NCBI GenBank assembly: GCA_965216755.1
Contig: CBDCGL010000011.1
Coordinates: forward strand, 3,626,963-3,690,962
Source: Alphaproteobacteria bacterium
GTDB taxonomy: Bacteria; Pseudomonadota; Alphaproteobacteria; UBA7887
Direction: 5' to 3'
Length of the DNA stretch: 64,000 bases
Positions 31,047 to 40,843 of the stretch are shown here, one piece after another. The notes below the pieces were generated by a model that was not told where the DNA came from, did not search any database, and saw nothing but the letters and a program-made list of their open reading frames with translations. Every line of letters starts with the position of its first letter. The first letter of the stretch is position 1. The position numbers were made by a program, and so were the translations under genes.

Positions 31047-32252
31047 ATGGCGTTGCATACCGTCTTCATAACCTTGGGTGGGCTGTTTATCGTCGGGCTG
31101 GCGACGGACGAGATCGGCCGGCGCACGCGATTGCCGCGGGTCACCTTGCTGATCTTGTTGGGCGTTCTGGCTGGCCCGGTGGGCTTTGATGTGCTGCCGT
31201 CAGAGGTCGCGGATTGGTTCGAGTTCTTGGCGACAACGGCGCTGACGATGGTGGCTTTTTTGCTCGGCGGCAAATTGTCGCGCGACCAGCTGCGCGATCA
31301 TGGTCGCGAGATCTTGGTGATTTCGCTTGCGGTGGTGGTCGCAACGGTGATCCTTGTCGGCGGCGGGTTGATGGCGATCGGCGTCGCCCCGGAACTGGCG
31401 ATTTTGTTGTCCGCCATCGCCACCGCCACCGCACCGGCGGCAACCCAAGATGTCATCCGGCAAAGCGGCGCCAAGGGACCGTTCACAGACACTTTGCAGG
31501 GCATCGTCGCGATCGATGACGCGTGGGGCCTGATCGTGTTTTCGATGATCTTGATTGGCGTCAATGCGATGCTTGGCAACGGCACGGTGGCGGTGCTGCA
31601 ACAAGGATTGTGGGAGCTGGGCGGCGCCATCGCTGTCGGTGTCGGCATTGGTGTGCCGGCGGCCTATCTCACCGGCCGCCTACGCCCGGGCGAGCCGCTC
31701 CAGGCCGAAGCTCTCGCCGTTGTCTTTTTGTGCGCCGGCGTGTCGGTGTGGCTCGACTTGTCCTTTTTGCTTGTGGGTATTGTCGCGGGCATGATCGTGG
31801 TTAACTTTGCCGAGCATCACACGCGCGCTTTTCACGAGATCGAGAATGTCGAATGGCCATTTATGATCTTGTTTTTCTTTCTTGCCGGCGTGTCGCTCCA
31901 TGTTGAGGGGGGGCGCGGCTTTGGCCTGATCATTTTCGGCTGCTTGCTGCTGCGCACGGTCGCGCGGATCGTTGGCGCTTGGTTTGGTGCGCGGGCGGTT
32001 GCCGCGCCGCCGATCTATCGGCGATGGATGGGGGGCGCCTTGTTGCCGCAAGCCGGCGTGGCCATGGGCATGGCCTTGGTCGCCGGCAACAATGTTCCGG
32101 AATATCGCGAGGTCGTGCTGGCCGTAACCATCGCGACGACCGTTGTCTTCGAGCTGTTCGGGCCTTATGCGACCTTGGTCGCGCTGAGCCGGGCGGGTGA
32201 GACCGAAGCAGCGAATACGGAGCCTGGCGCATTGTCGAACACAGAACATTGA
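31047..32252 (+). CDS. cation:proton antiporter (CPA family)
   Basis: About 400-aa polytopic protein. The N-terminus LGGLFIVGLATDEIGRRTRLPRVTLLILLGVLAGP is typical of Na+/H+ exchanger family proteins. Confidence 0.8.
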   Translation: MALHTVFITLGGLFIVGLATDEIGRRTRLPRVTLLILLGVLAGPVGFDVLPSEVADWFEFLATTALTMVAFLLGGKLSRDQLRDHGREILVISLAVVVATVILVGGGLMAIGVAPELAILLSAIATATAPAATQDVIRQSGAKGPFTDTLQGIVAIDDAWGLIVFSMILIGVNAMLGNGTVAVLQQGLWELGGAIAVGVGIGVPAAYLTGRLRPGEPLQAEALAVVFLCAGVSVWLDLSFLLVGIVAGMIVVNFAEHHTRAFHEIENVEWPFMILFFFLAGVSLHVEGGRGFGLIIFGCLLLRTVARIVGAWFGARAVAAPPIYRRWMGGALLPQAGVAMGMALVAGNNVPEYREVVLAVTIATTVVFELFGPYATLVALSRAGETEAANTEPGALSNTEH

Positions 32253-32431
32253 TCGAAACGGTGCACCCGAGACACGTCCATGAGATGGCGGCACTGTCTG
32301 ACGCCCGTGCCACAGGTCTTGATCAAGGGCTGCTAAAGTTCAGTTCGCCAACTGTCCGTTCGAAATGAGGCGCGTTCATCAGGGAGGAATTGGCCGACAT
32401 GGCGGCCGTTGATGTGGTGTCAACCGCGCCA

Positions 32432-32926
32432 TCACTCTTGCGGGCTCGTCGGTGTGGCCGCCCATTCGCTCGCTAATCGTTGTGATTTGGCGATCTGTTC
32501 CGAGGTCATCAGCTGCGCGACGAAATCGCGGTCTTTGGCGGCGCCGGTGTCACCCTGTGCGGCGGCGATGTCCAGCCACATATGGGCTTGGACGAGATCT
32601 TGCGCGATTCCGCGACCGTTGGCGTACATTAGCGCCAGATTGTATTGTGCGTTGGTGTAGCCCTGGTCGGCCGCCAGGCGATACCATTTGATCCCGGCGG
32701 CATGATCGCGCGGCACGCCGATCTCGTTGTCATACATGAATGCCAAGTTGTATTGGGCCGGCGCACTGCCTTGTTCCGCCAATTGACGCCACAGTTCAAA
32801 CGCGGTGTCGTAGTCGCCCTGATCGAAGGCGGCGACCGCATCGTCGAATGGCTCGGCGGCGGCCGGCACGGCGAGCGCCCAAAGTGCGGTCATGGCGACC
32901 AGAATCGCTTGAATCATTTTTTGCAC
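32432..32926 (-). CDS. Sel1-repeat (TPR-like) secreted protein
   Basis: Signal peptide plus three Sel1 repeats (AQYNLAFMYDNEIGVPRD..., AQYNLALMYANGRGIAQD...). Confidence 0.85.
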   Translation of the reverse strand: MQKMIQAILVAMTALWALAVPAAAEPFDDAVAAFDQGDYDTAFELWRQLAEQGSAPAQYNLAFMYDNEIGVPRDHAAGIKWYRLAADQGYTNAQYNLALMYANGRGIAQDLVQAHMWLDIAAAQGDTGAAKDRDFVAQLMTSEQIAKSQRLASEWAATPTSPQE

Positions 32927-33097
32927 GGTCTCCTCCTCGCTATTGTTGGTGCTCGGGAAATTTCGATCGACAAATCGCGATCACGCATGGGCGCCCGAAC
33001 GCATGGCGTCTGCCAACATCGAACGATGCAAACGTGCCACTATGCTCACAGCACAATCGGCCGCTGTCAAAACATCGATTCCCACAGCGCTCGAAAA

Positions 33098-34054
33098 TCA
33101 ATTGCCCGATACTGAGTCCACTGCGCCAAAGAGCACATGGAGCCGTTCCAGGCACGGCGCGGCCAGTGGCTCGTCCAGCAATGACGAGACATTCGCCGCC
33201 AGGTGGTCAACGCGTCCGGTCCCGGTCAGGACCACATCAACGCCGGCCTGATGTCGGCAAAATCGATAGGCGCCATCGACGATTGATCGTGCGCCCCCCA
33301 ATTCGACAAGGAAGCCCAACGGGTTGTCGCGCCGCACGGCGTCGCGTTCGATGACAGCGCCACGCAACAGGTCGTCGATCACGACCATCAAGGCCTCAGG
33401 GTCGCTCAGGGCGCGGCGCACCGCGAACATGACCAATGTGCCGATGTGCCGGGCCCGCGCCGGCGCCAGGACGCGCGCAGCGGCCGACGGATTGATCACA
33501 TTGAAACCGGTCATCACCACGTCCCAATGCGTATCGTCAAGCGCACGCACCAGCATGCGGTGTTGGGGGTCGTGGATGAAACGCTCCGTCAGGCCCAGAA
33601 ACCGAACCTTGCCTTGGCCCCGGAATCGATCAAGCACGGGCAGCAACATCTCGATGCAATAGTCATATTGATCCGGCATGACGCCGTGCAGATGCAGGAT
33701 ATCGATGTGACTTGTGCGAAGCCGGCCCAGGCTGGCCTCTATGTCGCGGCCGAATGCGGCCGGGTCGACCATTGTACTTCCCGTTGGCGACGCGCCACGC
33801 GCGACGACCCGCACTTTGGTCGAAAGCACCACCGAGTCGCGGCGTGCGCGGACAGCCTCGCCGACAATCTCTTCGGTGCCGTAGGCGGCGGCCGTGTCGA
33901 TGACGTTGATGCCGAGATCAAGGGCCTCTTCGAGCACGCGCAACGAATCACTGCGGCTCAAACCATAGCTTTGGCCCAGGCGGCTGTGGCCGCCGCAGCC
34001 GAGACCGGCGACACTGACCCGCAATCCCGTGCGACCGAGCGTGACGTATTCCAT
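33098..34054 (-). CDS. aldo/keto reductase
   Basis: MEYVTLGRTGLRVSVAGLGCG...INVIDTAAAYG... AKR motifs. Confidence 0.85.
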   Translation of the reverse strand: MEYVTLGRTGLRVSVAGLGCGGHSRLGQSYGLSRSDSLRVLEEALDLGINVIDTAAAYGTEEIVGEAVRARRDSVVLSTKVRVVARGASPTGSTMVDPAAFGRDIEASLGRLRTSHIDILHLHGVMPDQYDYCIEMLLPVLDRFRGQGKVRFLGLTERFIHDPQHRMLVRALDDTHWDVVMTGFNVINPSAAARVLAPARARHIGTLVMFAVRRALSDPEALMVVIDDLLRGAVIERDAVRRDNPLGFLVELGGARSIVDGAYRFCRHQAGVDVVLTGTGRVDHLAANVSSLLDEPLAAPCLERLHVLFGAVDSVSGN

Positions 34055-34290
34055 GGCGGCTCCGACGGTTTCACACAACCTCGGCCAGCGTAAAGCTTAT
34101 CGCTGGCACGCGCGATCCCCAGCCATGGTCAGGTTGGTTTGTAAACACGAACCATCGGCGCCAGCATGCCTCGCTGGCGATTGTGTCGATCAATGGTCGA
34201 CCCGAAGCCCGGCGGGATTCGGACTTGCCGGCAAAGCCGCGCCAGGCGATGGTGCCAAACATCAATTCCCAATCGAAGGAGCGATTTGTG

Positions 34291-34926
34291 ATGGCGTTGG
34301 ATGTCATCGATGTTGGGCTCGGCCGCACCGGGACCATGTCTCTCAAACTGGCGCTGGAACAGCTCGGGTTTGGTCCTTGCCACCACATGGAGGAAGTGCT
34401 CAAGGCGCCAGACCAGGCGCAGCAATGGCTGGCCGCTGCCGATGACAACCCGGTCGATTGGGATGCGGTATTCAACGGATATCGCGCGGCCGTCGACTGG
34501 CCGACTGCGCGCTTCTGGCGCGCGATCATAGATCAATACCCCGACGCCAAAATCATTCTGACGACGCGCGACCCGAACAGCTGGTTCAAGAGTATCTCGG
34601 GAACCATTCATTTGGTTCTTGAGGGGCGTGAGAAAATCGGCAACCCGGTCATGCGCCAGGTCATGGATATGGCGCATCGCATCATTTCCGATCAGACATT
34701 TGCCGGTCGTCTCGGCGAGGCCGCGCACGCAACAGAGGTCTTTCGACGACATAATGCGGCGGTGATCGAAGCGGTGCCGCCGGATCGTCTGCTCGTGTTT
34801 GAGGTTGCGCAAGGTTGGGGGCCGCTCTGCGACTATCTCGGATGCCCGGCGCCGGATACGCCGTTTCCGCGGGTCAACAGCACGAAAGAATTTTGGGAAC
34901 TGGTCGAACAGGCAAGCGGTGGTTGA
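34291..34926 (+). CDS. sulfotransferase family protein
   Basis: VIDVGLGRTGTMSL (PAPS 5'-phosphosulfate-binding loop-like) and ILTTRDPNSWFKS (3'-phosphate-binding-like). AAGGAG RBS upstream. Confidence 0.65.
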   Translation: MALDVIDVGLGRTGTMSLKLALEQLGFGPCHHMEEVLKAPDQAQQWLAAADDNPVDWDAVFNGYRAAVDWPTARFWRAIIDQYPDAKIILTTRDPNSWFKSISGTIHLVLEGREKIGNPVMRQVMDMAHRIISDQTFAGRLGEAAHATEVFRRHNAAVIEAVPPDRLLVFEVAQGWGPLCDYLGCPAPDTPFPRVNSTKEFWELVEQASGG

Positions 34927-34937
34927 GTGCGAGCGCG

Positions 34938-35489
34938 TTAGAGATTGAGTCCGGGGATTGGCCCAATCGGCGCCGGTGAGGCCCGGCGCTGTTCCGTGTG
35001 TCGCTGCCAGAACCCGACATCGTGCCAGCGACCAAACTTGTAGCCAATTTCGGTCAGCGTGCCGATATGGCGAAACCCGAATGTCTCGTGCAGGCCAACA
35101 CTGGCATCGTTGGGTAAGCCGATAACGGCCACCTGGGTGTGAAACCCCTGTTGATCGGCGAGCGCCATGAGCTGTTCATAAAGGGCGCGGCCAATGCCCC
35201 GGCGTGCTGCGTCGGCGGCGACATAAACTGTTGATTCGACGCACCAATCATATGCGGCCCGAGTATGCCAGGGCGAGACATAGGCAAGCCCCACCACACG
35301 CCGGTCTCGGCTTGCCACCAGCCACGGGTAGTGCGTGTGCGACTTTTGCCAATCTGCCGTCCAATCGCTGGGGTCTTGCGGCGCAGTGCGGAAATTGATC
35401 ACCGTGGTGCGAATGTAGTGATTCACAATCTCGCACACGGCCGTCATATCGGCGGCCTCGGCAAAACGTACGCTTACGGCTGACGACAT
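34938..35489 (-). CDS. GNAT N-acetyltransferase, phosphinothricin/methionine-sulfoximine acetyltransferase-like
   Basis: IVNHYIRTTVINFRT...RRGIGRALYEQL...GFRHIGTL...GYKFGRWHDVGFWQ is typical of the PAT/Bar family. Confidence 0.8.
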   Translation of the reverse strand: MSSAVSVRFAEAADMTAVCEIVNHYIRTTVINFRTAPQDPSDWTADWQKSHTHYPWLVASRDRRVVGLAYVSPWHTRAAYDWCVESTVYVAADAARRGIGRALYEQLMALADQQGFHTQVAVIGLPNDASVGLHETFGFRHIGTLTEIGYKFGRWHDVGFWQRHTEQRRASPAPIGPIPGLNL

Positions 35490-35698
35490 AACTTCTCTGC
35501 CAAAAGGCGATTACAGCTGAAAAGGATAGCGCGATGCCGGACAAGGCTCCAACCAACGCGTCTGTCGCCGATGATCCATGCCGGCACTCTGTTGCGTGGC
35601 CGTTTAACACGGCACGACGGTACGGTCTACTTTGGGTCAGCTCAACATAAATGCGGCGATGTTCGTATGCGCGCGTGTCGTCTGCGGTGGTTGCTTGA

Positions 35699-36030
35699 TT
35701 ATCGAAGCTGAAGACCGGCCATATATGTCGCGACGGCGCCGATCTCGTGCGCGGTCAATTGGCGATCGGGCATATGCCTGTGTGACATGCGTAGTGTTTG
35801 CGCGAGGCGATGGTAGTCGGCATCGGGGCGGCCGGCCAAGTTGGCAAATGACGGATACCAGAGTGTGTCGGTCTGCGATTGCCCCCGGCAACTCCGTGGC
35901 ACCCGGAACATTTCTCAACCGCTACGGCTTTGCCGCGATCGGCACCCACGGCCGTCACTGTGGTCGACTGCAGCATGCCGCCACACAAAACCGCAGCCAA
36001 GGTCACACGAACGATCGCCGTCGACGCCAT
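35699..36030 (-). pseudogene. class I c-type cytochrome interrupted by a 1-nt frameshift in a G5 (plus-strand C5) run
   Basis: The N-terminal frame gives a signal peptide plus CSGCHGVAGG. The continuation QSQTDTLWYPSFANLAGRP...HRHMPD...TYMAGL is in another frame, and the two join if the run at 35882..35886 had one more base. Confidence 0.7.
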
Positions 36031-36086
36031 TGCCGCTCCGACGGGGTGTTCGAAATTCCCGTCGCACAGCGCAATAGACGGGTCTT

Positions 36087-36380
36087 TCACTCCGATGCCT
36101 TAGCAACCAATTCGGCGAACGAGTGCATATAGCTGCTGTCGCCATACGGGCGATGGCACGCCAGGCACGCAGTGGCATCGTTGTTCTTGATCTCGCCAGC
36201 CGCGCTGAACAGGCCGTAATCCCAGTCGCCGTTGCGCAGTTCGTCGCTATAGGCGGCGCCCCAGCCGGCGCGCTTTTCCATCACCGCGATCGCTGCCAGA
36301 TCGCCCGGGGCCATCCGGTTGGCATAATCGCGCAGAATGTTTCCGGACTCGTCCATCTTGGGTTTGTAGACTTCCATCAC
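36087..36380 (-). pseudogene. cytochrome P460-family remnant (C-terminal part only)
   Basis: 97-aa ORF with heme motif CLACH near the C-terminus and P460-like MEVYKP...AIAVMEKRAGWG. No signal peptide or N-terminal ~50-70 aa in frame; an in-frame stop lies 35 codons upstream. A P460-like stretch (LRWHRTIGDPNEIELR) appears in a different frame further upstream. Confidence 0.55.
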
Positions 36381-36633
36381 GACCTGGGCGCCAACGGTCC
36401 TGGGAGCGTCGCTGGCGGATTCAATCAGTCCCCATTCGTTTCTTGTCGATCCGGAGCTCGATCTCGTTGGGATCGCCGATGGTCCGATGCCATCTCAGAT
36501 CTTCGCCGCGCGGTCTGGCACCACGCAAGTTGCCGAAATTAGCGATGGCTTGTCCGAGCGGTTTATGGCCGGGGGCCCAACACATGCGCATGTCGCCCCG
36601 CCATCAATCCGCAGCGGTCATAGTGCCGCAAGC

Positions 36634-36993
36634 GTTGTCGATGTCAGTGTATTGGAGACGTTTACCGTTTCCACCGAGCAAAAGGTTGTCTCGGTCTTGC
36701 CGGTGATGGCAAACGGCACTTATCGTTTCGATCGAGGCGGCCCGTTCACGCCATATGTCGGCGGAGGTATCGGTTTCGCCTTTGTCGAGGCGGACCTCTA
36801 TCGCCCTGGCGCGCCGTCAGGTGACACGGCATTGGCCTATCAAGGCGTTGCCGGTGCCGACTACGAGATCTCCGACAAGATATCGGTGGGCCTGCGCTAC
36901 AATTATTTGGCGACTATGGGCCGCTTCCACGGCGGTACAGAACCCGCCGTAACAGCACATAGCGTCAGCGCCATCGCGCGTTTCGTGCCGTAG
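36634..36993 (+). pseudogene. outer-membrane beta-barrel (Omp25/OMP_b-brl type) C-terminal fragment
   Basis: ...VMANGTYRFDRGGPFTPYVGGGIGFAFVE...LAYQGVAGADYEISDKISVGLRYNYL...SAIARFVP shows alternating beta-strand patterns and a terminal aromatic residue. There is no signal peptide or N-terminal half. Confidence 0.55.
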
Positions 36994-37088
36994 TGTTTTG
37001 GGCTCTTTTTTGACAATATCGAGCCTGAGCTCGCAAGGCACGAGGGACTTCACCCTGGGTGCCCCGCGAGCTGTGTCCCACCTCCGAA

Positions 37089-37532
37089 CTATTGTTCTTG
37101 TGGGATGAAATCGGCCCTTTTGTGCTGGTGTAAGAAAATGATGCAGTCCTCTGGCCCGATACAGGCGTCGCCATGCATGGCTTCGCCGGGTTGGAAGACA
37201 TACGATCCGGGCGCCAGTTCCCGTTCTTCGCCGGTGTCGAACGAATGACGCCAGTTGCCGGTCAGATTGATCCCGTGATAGTCGCCGGTATGGGCGTGAA
37301 CAGGCGCGACGAATCCCGCCGGCAGTTTGACCAACCGGCCATGGTCGCCGTCCGCTTCCGCTGGATCGCCCCAAAGCACGGCGATGCTGACGGGTGATCC
37401 GGGCCGCGCCGGCGCCCACTCAACGTCGGTGGCCAATGTCATCGTGCCGTGATTGGCATGACCGGCCGCGTAACCCAATCCCGCCGCGGCGATCAGCGAC
37501 ATGCCGACCGCCAGAGCTAGTTTCTTGGTCAT
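37089..37532 (-). CDS. secreted cupin-domain protein (DUF4437/ChrR-cupin-like)
   Basis: Signal peptide, then ...KLPAGFVAPVHAHTGDYHGINLTGNW...PGSYVFQPGEAMHGD cupin His motifs. Confidence 0.65.
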   Translation of the reverse strand: MTKKLALAVGMSLIAAAGLGYAAGHANHGTMTLATDVEWAPARPGSPVSIAVLWGDPAEADGDHGRLVKLPAGFVAPVHAHTGDYHGINLTGNWRHSFDTGEERELAPGSYVFQPGEAMHGDACIGPEDCIIFLHQHKRADFIPQEQ

Positions 37533-37799
37533 CGTTCTCTCCCGTTTCGGTTTTTTTTCCTCGCAGATTCCGGCCGTCACGACGGAGTTGGTCGCTACCG
37601 CGCATGACTGTTTGCCTTTCGCGCGGCTGTCGGTCGACCTATCGAAAGCCTATTCGCATGGCGGCCACGCGCGCAAGCGTGCGGCTAGAGCCTTTCACGC
37701 TCACCTGCGTTCACGTGTGAGGCTTTATCTCTTTGATATCGGTCAACTTATCTTCGATCAAACGATTCCGTTTGATCGCAGGTTGATCTGGCGGGGTGC

Positions 37800-38141
37800 T
37801 TATGGCGTGTCTGTCAGGCTCAAGAAATACGCCAGGACGTCTTCGCGCGTCTGGCCGTCAAGACGGGGGATCGGCATCAGCAAATGGGTCTTGGTCAAGG
37901 TTTCGCGAAATGCCGCGTCGTCGGCGGCCTGGTCACGGGCGATGGATCGGAAATCCGGCGGCGCGATGGTCAGATCCGGCGCCGGCGGCACACCGGTTTC
38001 GGTCTCGTGACAAGGGGCGCACCATTCGGCGACAAAAGCTCGTCCCCGCTCACTCTCCAGCGATGGAGACGCGTGGACAAGTGCCGCGGCCGTGCCGGCA
38101 ACCGAGGCGGTGATGACAACAGTGCGGGCAAACGACATCAT
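37800..38141 (-). CDS. c-type cytochrome (monoheme)
   Basis: Signal peptide, CAPCH heme-binding motif and a downstream LLMP candidate Met ligand. Confidence 0.75.
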   Translation of the reverse strand: MMSFARTVVITASVAGTAAALVHASPSLESERGRAFVAEWCAPCHETETGVPPAPDLTIAPPDFRSIARDQAADDAAFRETLTKTHLLMPIPRLDGQTREDVLAYFLSLTDTP

Positions 38142-38314
38142 TCATAGGCCTTGCTTCTGGTCTTGGGGTTGTCACGGTGGTGACACGACTCGTTTAACTC
38201 ATTTACGTGCGTCAAAGTGCTGATCTTGATCAGGGAACGGCCCCCCATGGCACATGAAAATGAACCTGCCGCCCCGGTGGTCGGCCGCGGCTGTCTGTTG
38301 TGGTGTGAACGCGC

Positions 38315-39463
38315 GTGACCGCGAAACTTTTTGAGATCGGGTTTGTTCTTAATCCTATAGCTGGCATGGGTGGCCGCGTCGGTCTCAAGGGTACAGACGG
38401 CGTCGCCCCGGAAGCACGTCGGCGCGGCGCGACACCGACGGCGCCGGGCAAGGCTGCGTTGGCGCTGGGCGCCTTGCGGGATTTGCTGGGCAAAATGCGG
38501 CCGCCGCTGGATCTGATATGGCGCACCGGCGGTGGCGTTTTGGGGGCAACGGCACTCAGCGAAGCGGGATTTCGTATCGTTGACATTGTCCATGAACCCG
38601 CTGGTGCGACAACCGCGACAGATACGAAAACAGTGGCTCGTGCGGTCCTTGAACGGGGCGTCGACTTGATTCTTTTTTGCGGTGGCGATGGCACGGCGCG
38701 CGATATCGCCGCGACGGTCGGTGAGCGCGTCCCGATACTGGGTATACCCGCCGGCGTGAAAATGTACTCTGGTGTATTCGGCGTCACGCCGGCCCGCACG
38801 GCCGAAATCGTGGTTGCATTCGCGCGCGGTGCAATCACGGCGGAAACAGTCGAGATTCTCGACCTGGATGAAGAGCGCTATCGGCAGGGCGTATGGGCTG
38901 TGCGTTTGTATCACGCGGCGCGCACGCCGATCGCGCCGGCTTTTACCCAAGCCAGTAAGGCACTGATCACGGCGTCCAGCGAAGACGATGCCAAGGCGGA
39001 TATTGCCAAGACACTTATCGAAGATTTCGCTGGTGCGTCTACGATCTTGATTCTGCTAGGGCCGGGCAGCACCGTCCGTGCGTTTGGCGATGCGTTGGGG
39101 ATCGAGACCACTCTGCTCGGCGTGGACGCAATTGTTGGTGGCGTGCTTGTGGGCGCCGATCTCTCGGAACGAGGGATTCTGGAATTGCTCGATCGTTATC
39201 CGGAATGCAAATTGATCCTCAGCCCAATCGGCGCGCAAGGTTTTATCCTCGGGCGCGGCAACCTGCAGCTCAGTCCCAAGGTGATCCGTCGGATCGGACG
39301 CGACAATATCGTTGTCGTGGCGACGCCCGCCAAACTTCGGCAGACCAACGCCCTGCGTTTTGACATGGGCGACAGGGACCTCGACGAAGCTCTCGCCGGC
39401 ACCGGATATGTTTCCGTTCTGGTCGGCTATCGCACCAGTCAGCTTGTGAAAATAGCAACATAG
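38315..39463 (+). CDS. ATP-NAD kinase family protein (AcoX-like)
   Basis: NPIAGMGGRVGLKGTDG, FCGGDGTARD and GIPAGVKMYSGVFG motifs. GTG start. Confidence 0.8.
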   Translation: MTAKLFEIGFVLNPIAGMGGRVGLKGTDGVAPEARRRGATPTAPGKAALALGALRDLLGKMRPPLDLIWRTGGGVLGATALSEAGFRIVDIVHEPAGATTATDTKTVARAVLERGVDLILFCGGDGTARDIAATVGERVPILGIPAGVKMYSGVFGVTPARTAEIVVAFARGAITAETVEILDLDEERYRQGVWAVRLYHAARTPIAPAFTQASKALITASSEDDAKADIAKTLIEDFAGASTILILLGPGSTVRAFGDALGIETTLLGVDAIVGGVLVGADLSERGILELLDRYPECKLILSPIGAQGFILGRGNLQLSPKVIRRIGRDNIVVVATPAKLRQTNALRFDMGDRDLDEALAGTGYVSVLVGYRTSQLVKIAT

Positions 39464-39715
39464 GTCGCGCGGCCACATCCGGCATATGGTGCGATACAGA
39501 ATCCCAAGTACCGGCGGAAGCGCCGGTCGCTACGCCGTGCACGCACAACAGCCCATGTTCGCGCGCATTTGTTTGGTTATCGCGGCGCGCGTATCGTAAC
39601 AGTAGAAAGCACGTGGCCGGCGCGGGGATCGATCCGTATTTGGCGCAATCGTGGTGTACGAGCATCCTGTTGTCGCGCCAGGTCGATCCCCCAAAATGTT
39701 GTGGAGGAAACGGCA

Positions 39716-40798
39716 ATGGCTGTGCAGCGTCGATCATTCCTGAAAGGGGGTGCCGCTGGCGCGTTGGTGGCCGCGTCAACGTTGCCGAAACCGGCACTAT
39801 CGCAAGGCCGCTTACGGTGGAAAATGGTCACCTGCTGGCCAAAGAACTTTCCTGGCCTCGGCATGACCGCCAATCAGATTGGCGAGCAAATCACCAAAAT
39901 GAGCGAAGGCCGGCTTGAGGTGCGGGTCTACGGCGCGGGTGAAATCGTGCCCGCGTTCGAAGTCTTTGATGCCGTGCGCAGCGGCATCGCCGAACTTGGT
40001 CATGGCTGGGATGGCTATTGGATAGCCAAGCATCCAGGGGCGCCGTTCTTTGGCGGCGTGCCAAACGGATTAGGGCCACATGAGCAAGTATCTTGGATCA
40101 TGCACGGCGGCGGCCAGGAATTGTGGGAAGAGCTGTACGCGGACTTTGACGTGCAACCGTTCATCGCCGGAGTCAATCCGCCGTCATTTTTCGGCTGGTA
40201 TCGTCGCCCGGTCGAATCGCTTGACGACCTCGGTGGCTTGAAAATTCGTATGGCCGGGTTGCCGGGAGAGGTTCTCAATCGTCTCGGTGCGACGTCGGTC
40301 AACATCCCTGGCGGCGAGATCATGAGTGCCCTGCAAGCCGGCGTCGTCGATGCCGTTGAATGGGGCGGTGCATGGGCGGATCTTGCCTTCGGTTTCCAGA
40401 AGATCGCCAAAATTTGCTATTGGCCGGGCATACACGAGCCCGGGGCGTCGAATTCCTTGCTGGTCAACAAGGCTTTGTTCGATGCACTGTCCGATGACTT
40501 GAAAGAGATCGTCAAGGTCGCATCGCACAACGGGATCAATCGGCTTTATGCCGAATCCACCCATCAAAACGCGATCAGCTACCAAGTCCTGCAAGACAAA
40601 CATGATGTTGCGTTCAAACGGCTGCCGGATGATGTGATCGCTGCATTCCTGAAAGTTAGCTTGGATGTGATGCGCGAAACAGCCGAGAAAGACTCCTTGG
40701 CCTTGCGTATCCACGATCATTTCATGGCGTTTCGCGAACGGGCGAGCGCCATAGCCCCTGTGGTCGAGCTCGGCTATCTAAGTGCCCGCTCGGCGTGA
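39716..40798 (+). CDS. TRAP transporter substrate-binding protein (DctP family), Tat signal
   Basis: RRSFLKGGAAGAL twin-arginine signal and DctP-like body. GGAGGA RBS. No dctQ/dctM adjacent. Confidence 0.8.
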   Translation: MAVQRRSFLKGGAAGALVAASTLPKPALSQGRLRWKMVTCWPKNFPGLGMTANQIGEQITKMSEGRLEVRVYGAGEIVPAFEVFDAVRSGIAELGHGWDGYWIAKHPGAPFFGGVPNGLGPHEQVSWIMHGGGQELWEELYADFDVQPFIAGVNPPSFFGWYRRPVESLDDLGGLKIRMAGLPGEVLNRLGATSVNIPGGEIMSALQAGVVDAVEWGGAWADLAFGFQKIAKICYWPGIHEPGASNSLLVNKALFDALSDDLKEIVKVASHNGINRLYAESTHQNAISYQVLQDKHDVAFKRLPDDVIAAFLKVSLDVMRETAEKDSLALRIHDHFMAFRERASAIAPVVELGYLSARSA

Positions 40799-40843
40799 CG
40801 CGATCACCATGCGGACTACAAACTGGCGACGGAGGAGCAGCTG

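Noticed and set aside
37756-37777. Perfect hairpin GATCAAACG-ATTC-CGTTTGATC just downstream of the cytochrome c gene at 37800..38141
   Set aside because: It could be a terminator, but there is no T-run on the relevant (minus) strand and the stem is short and AT-rich, so the support is too weak to call.
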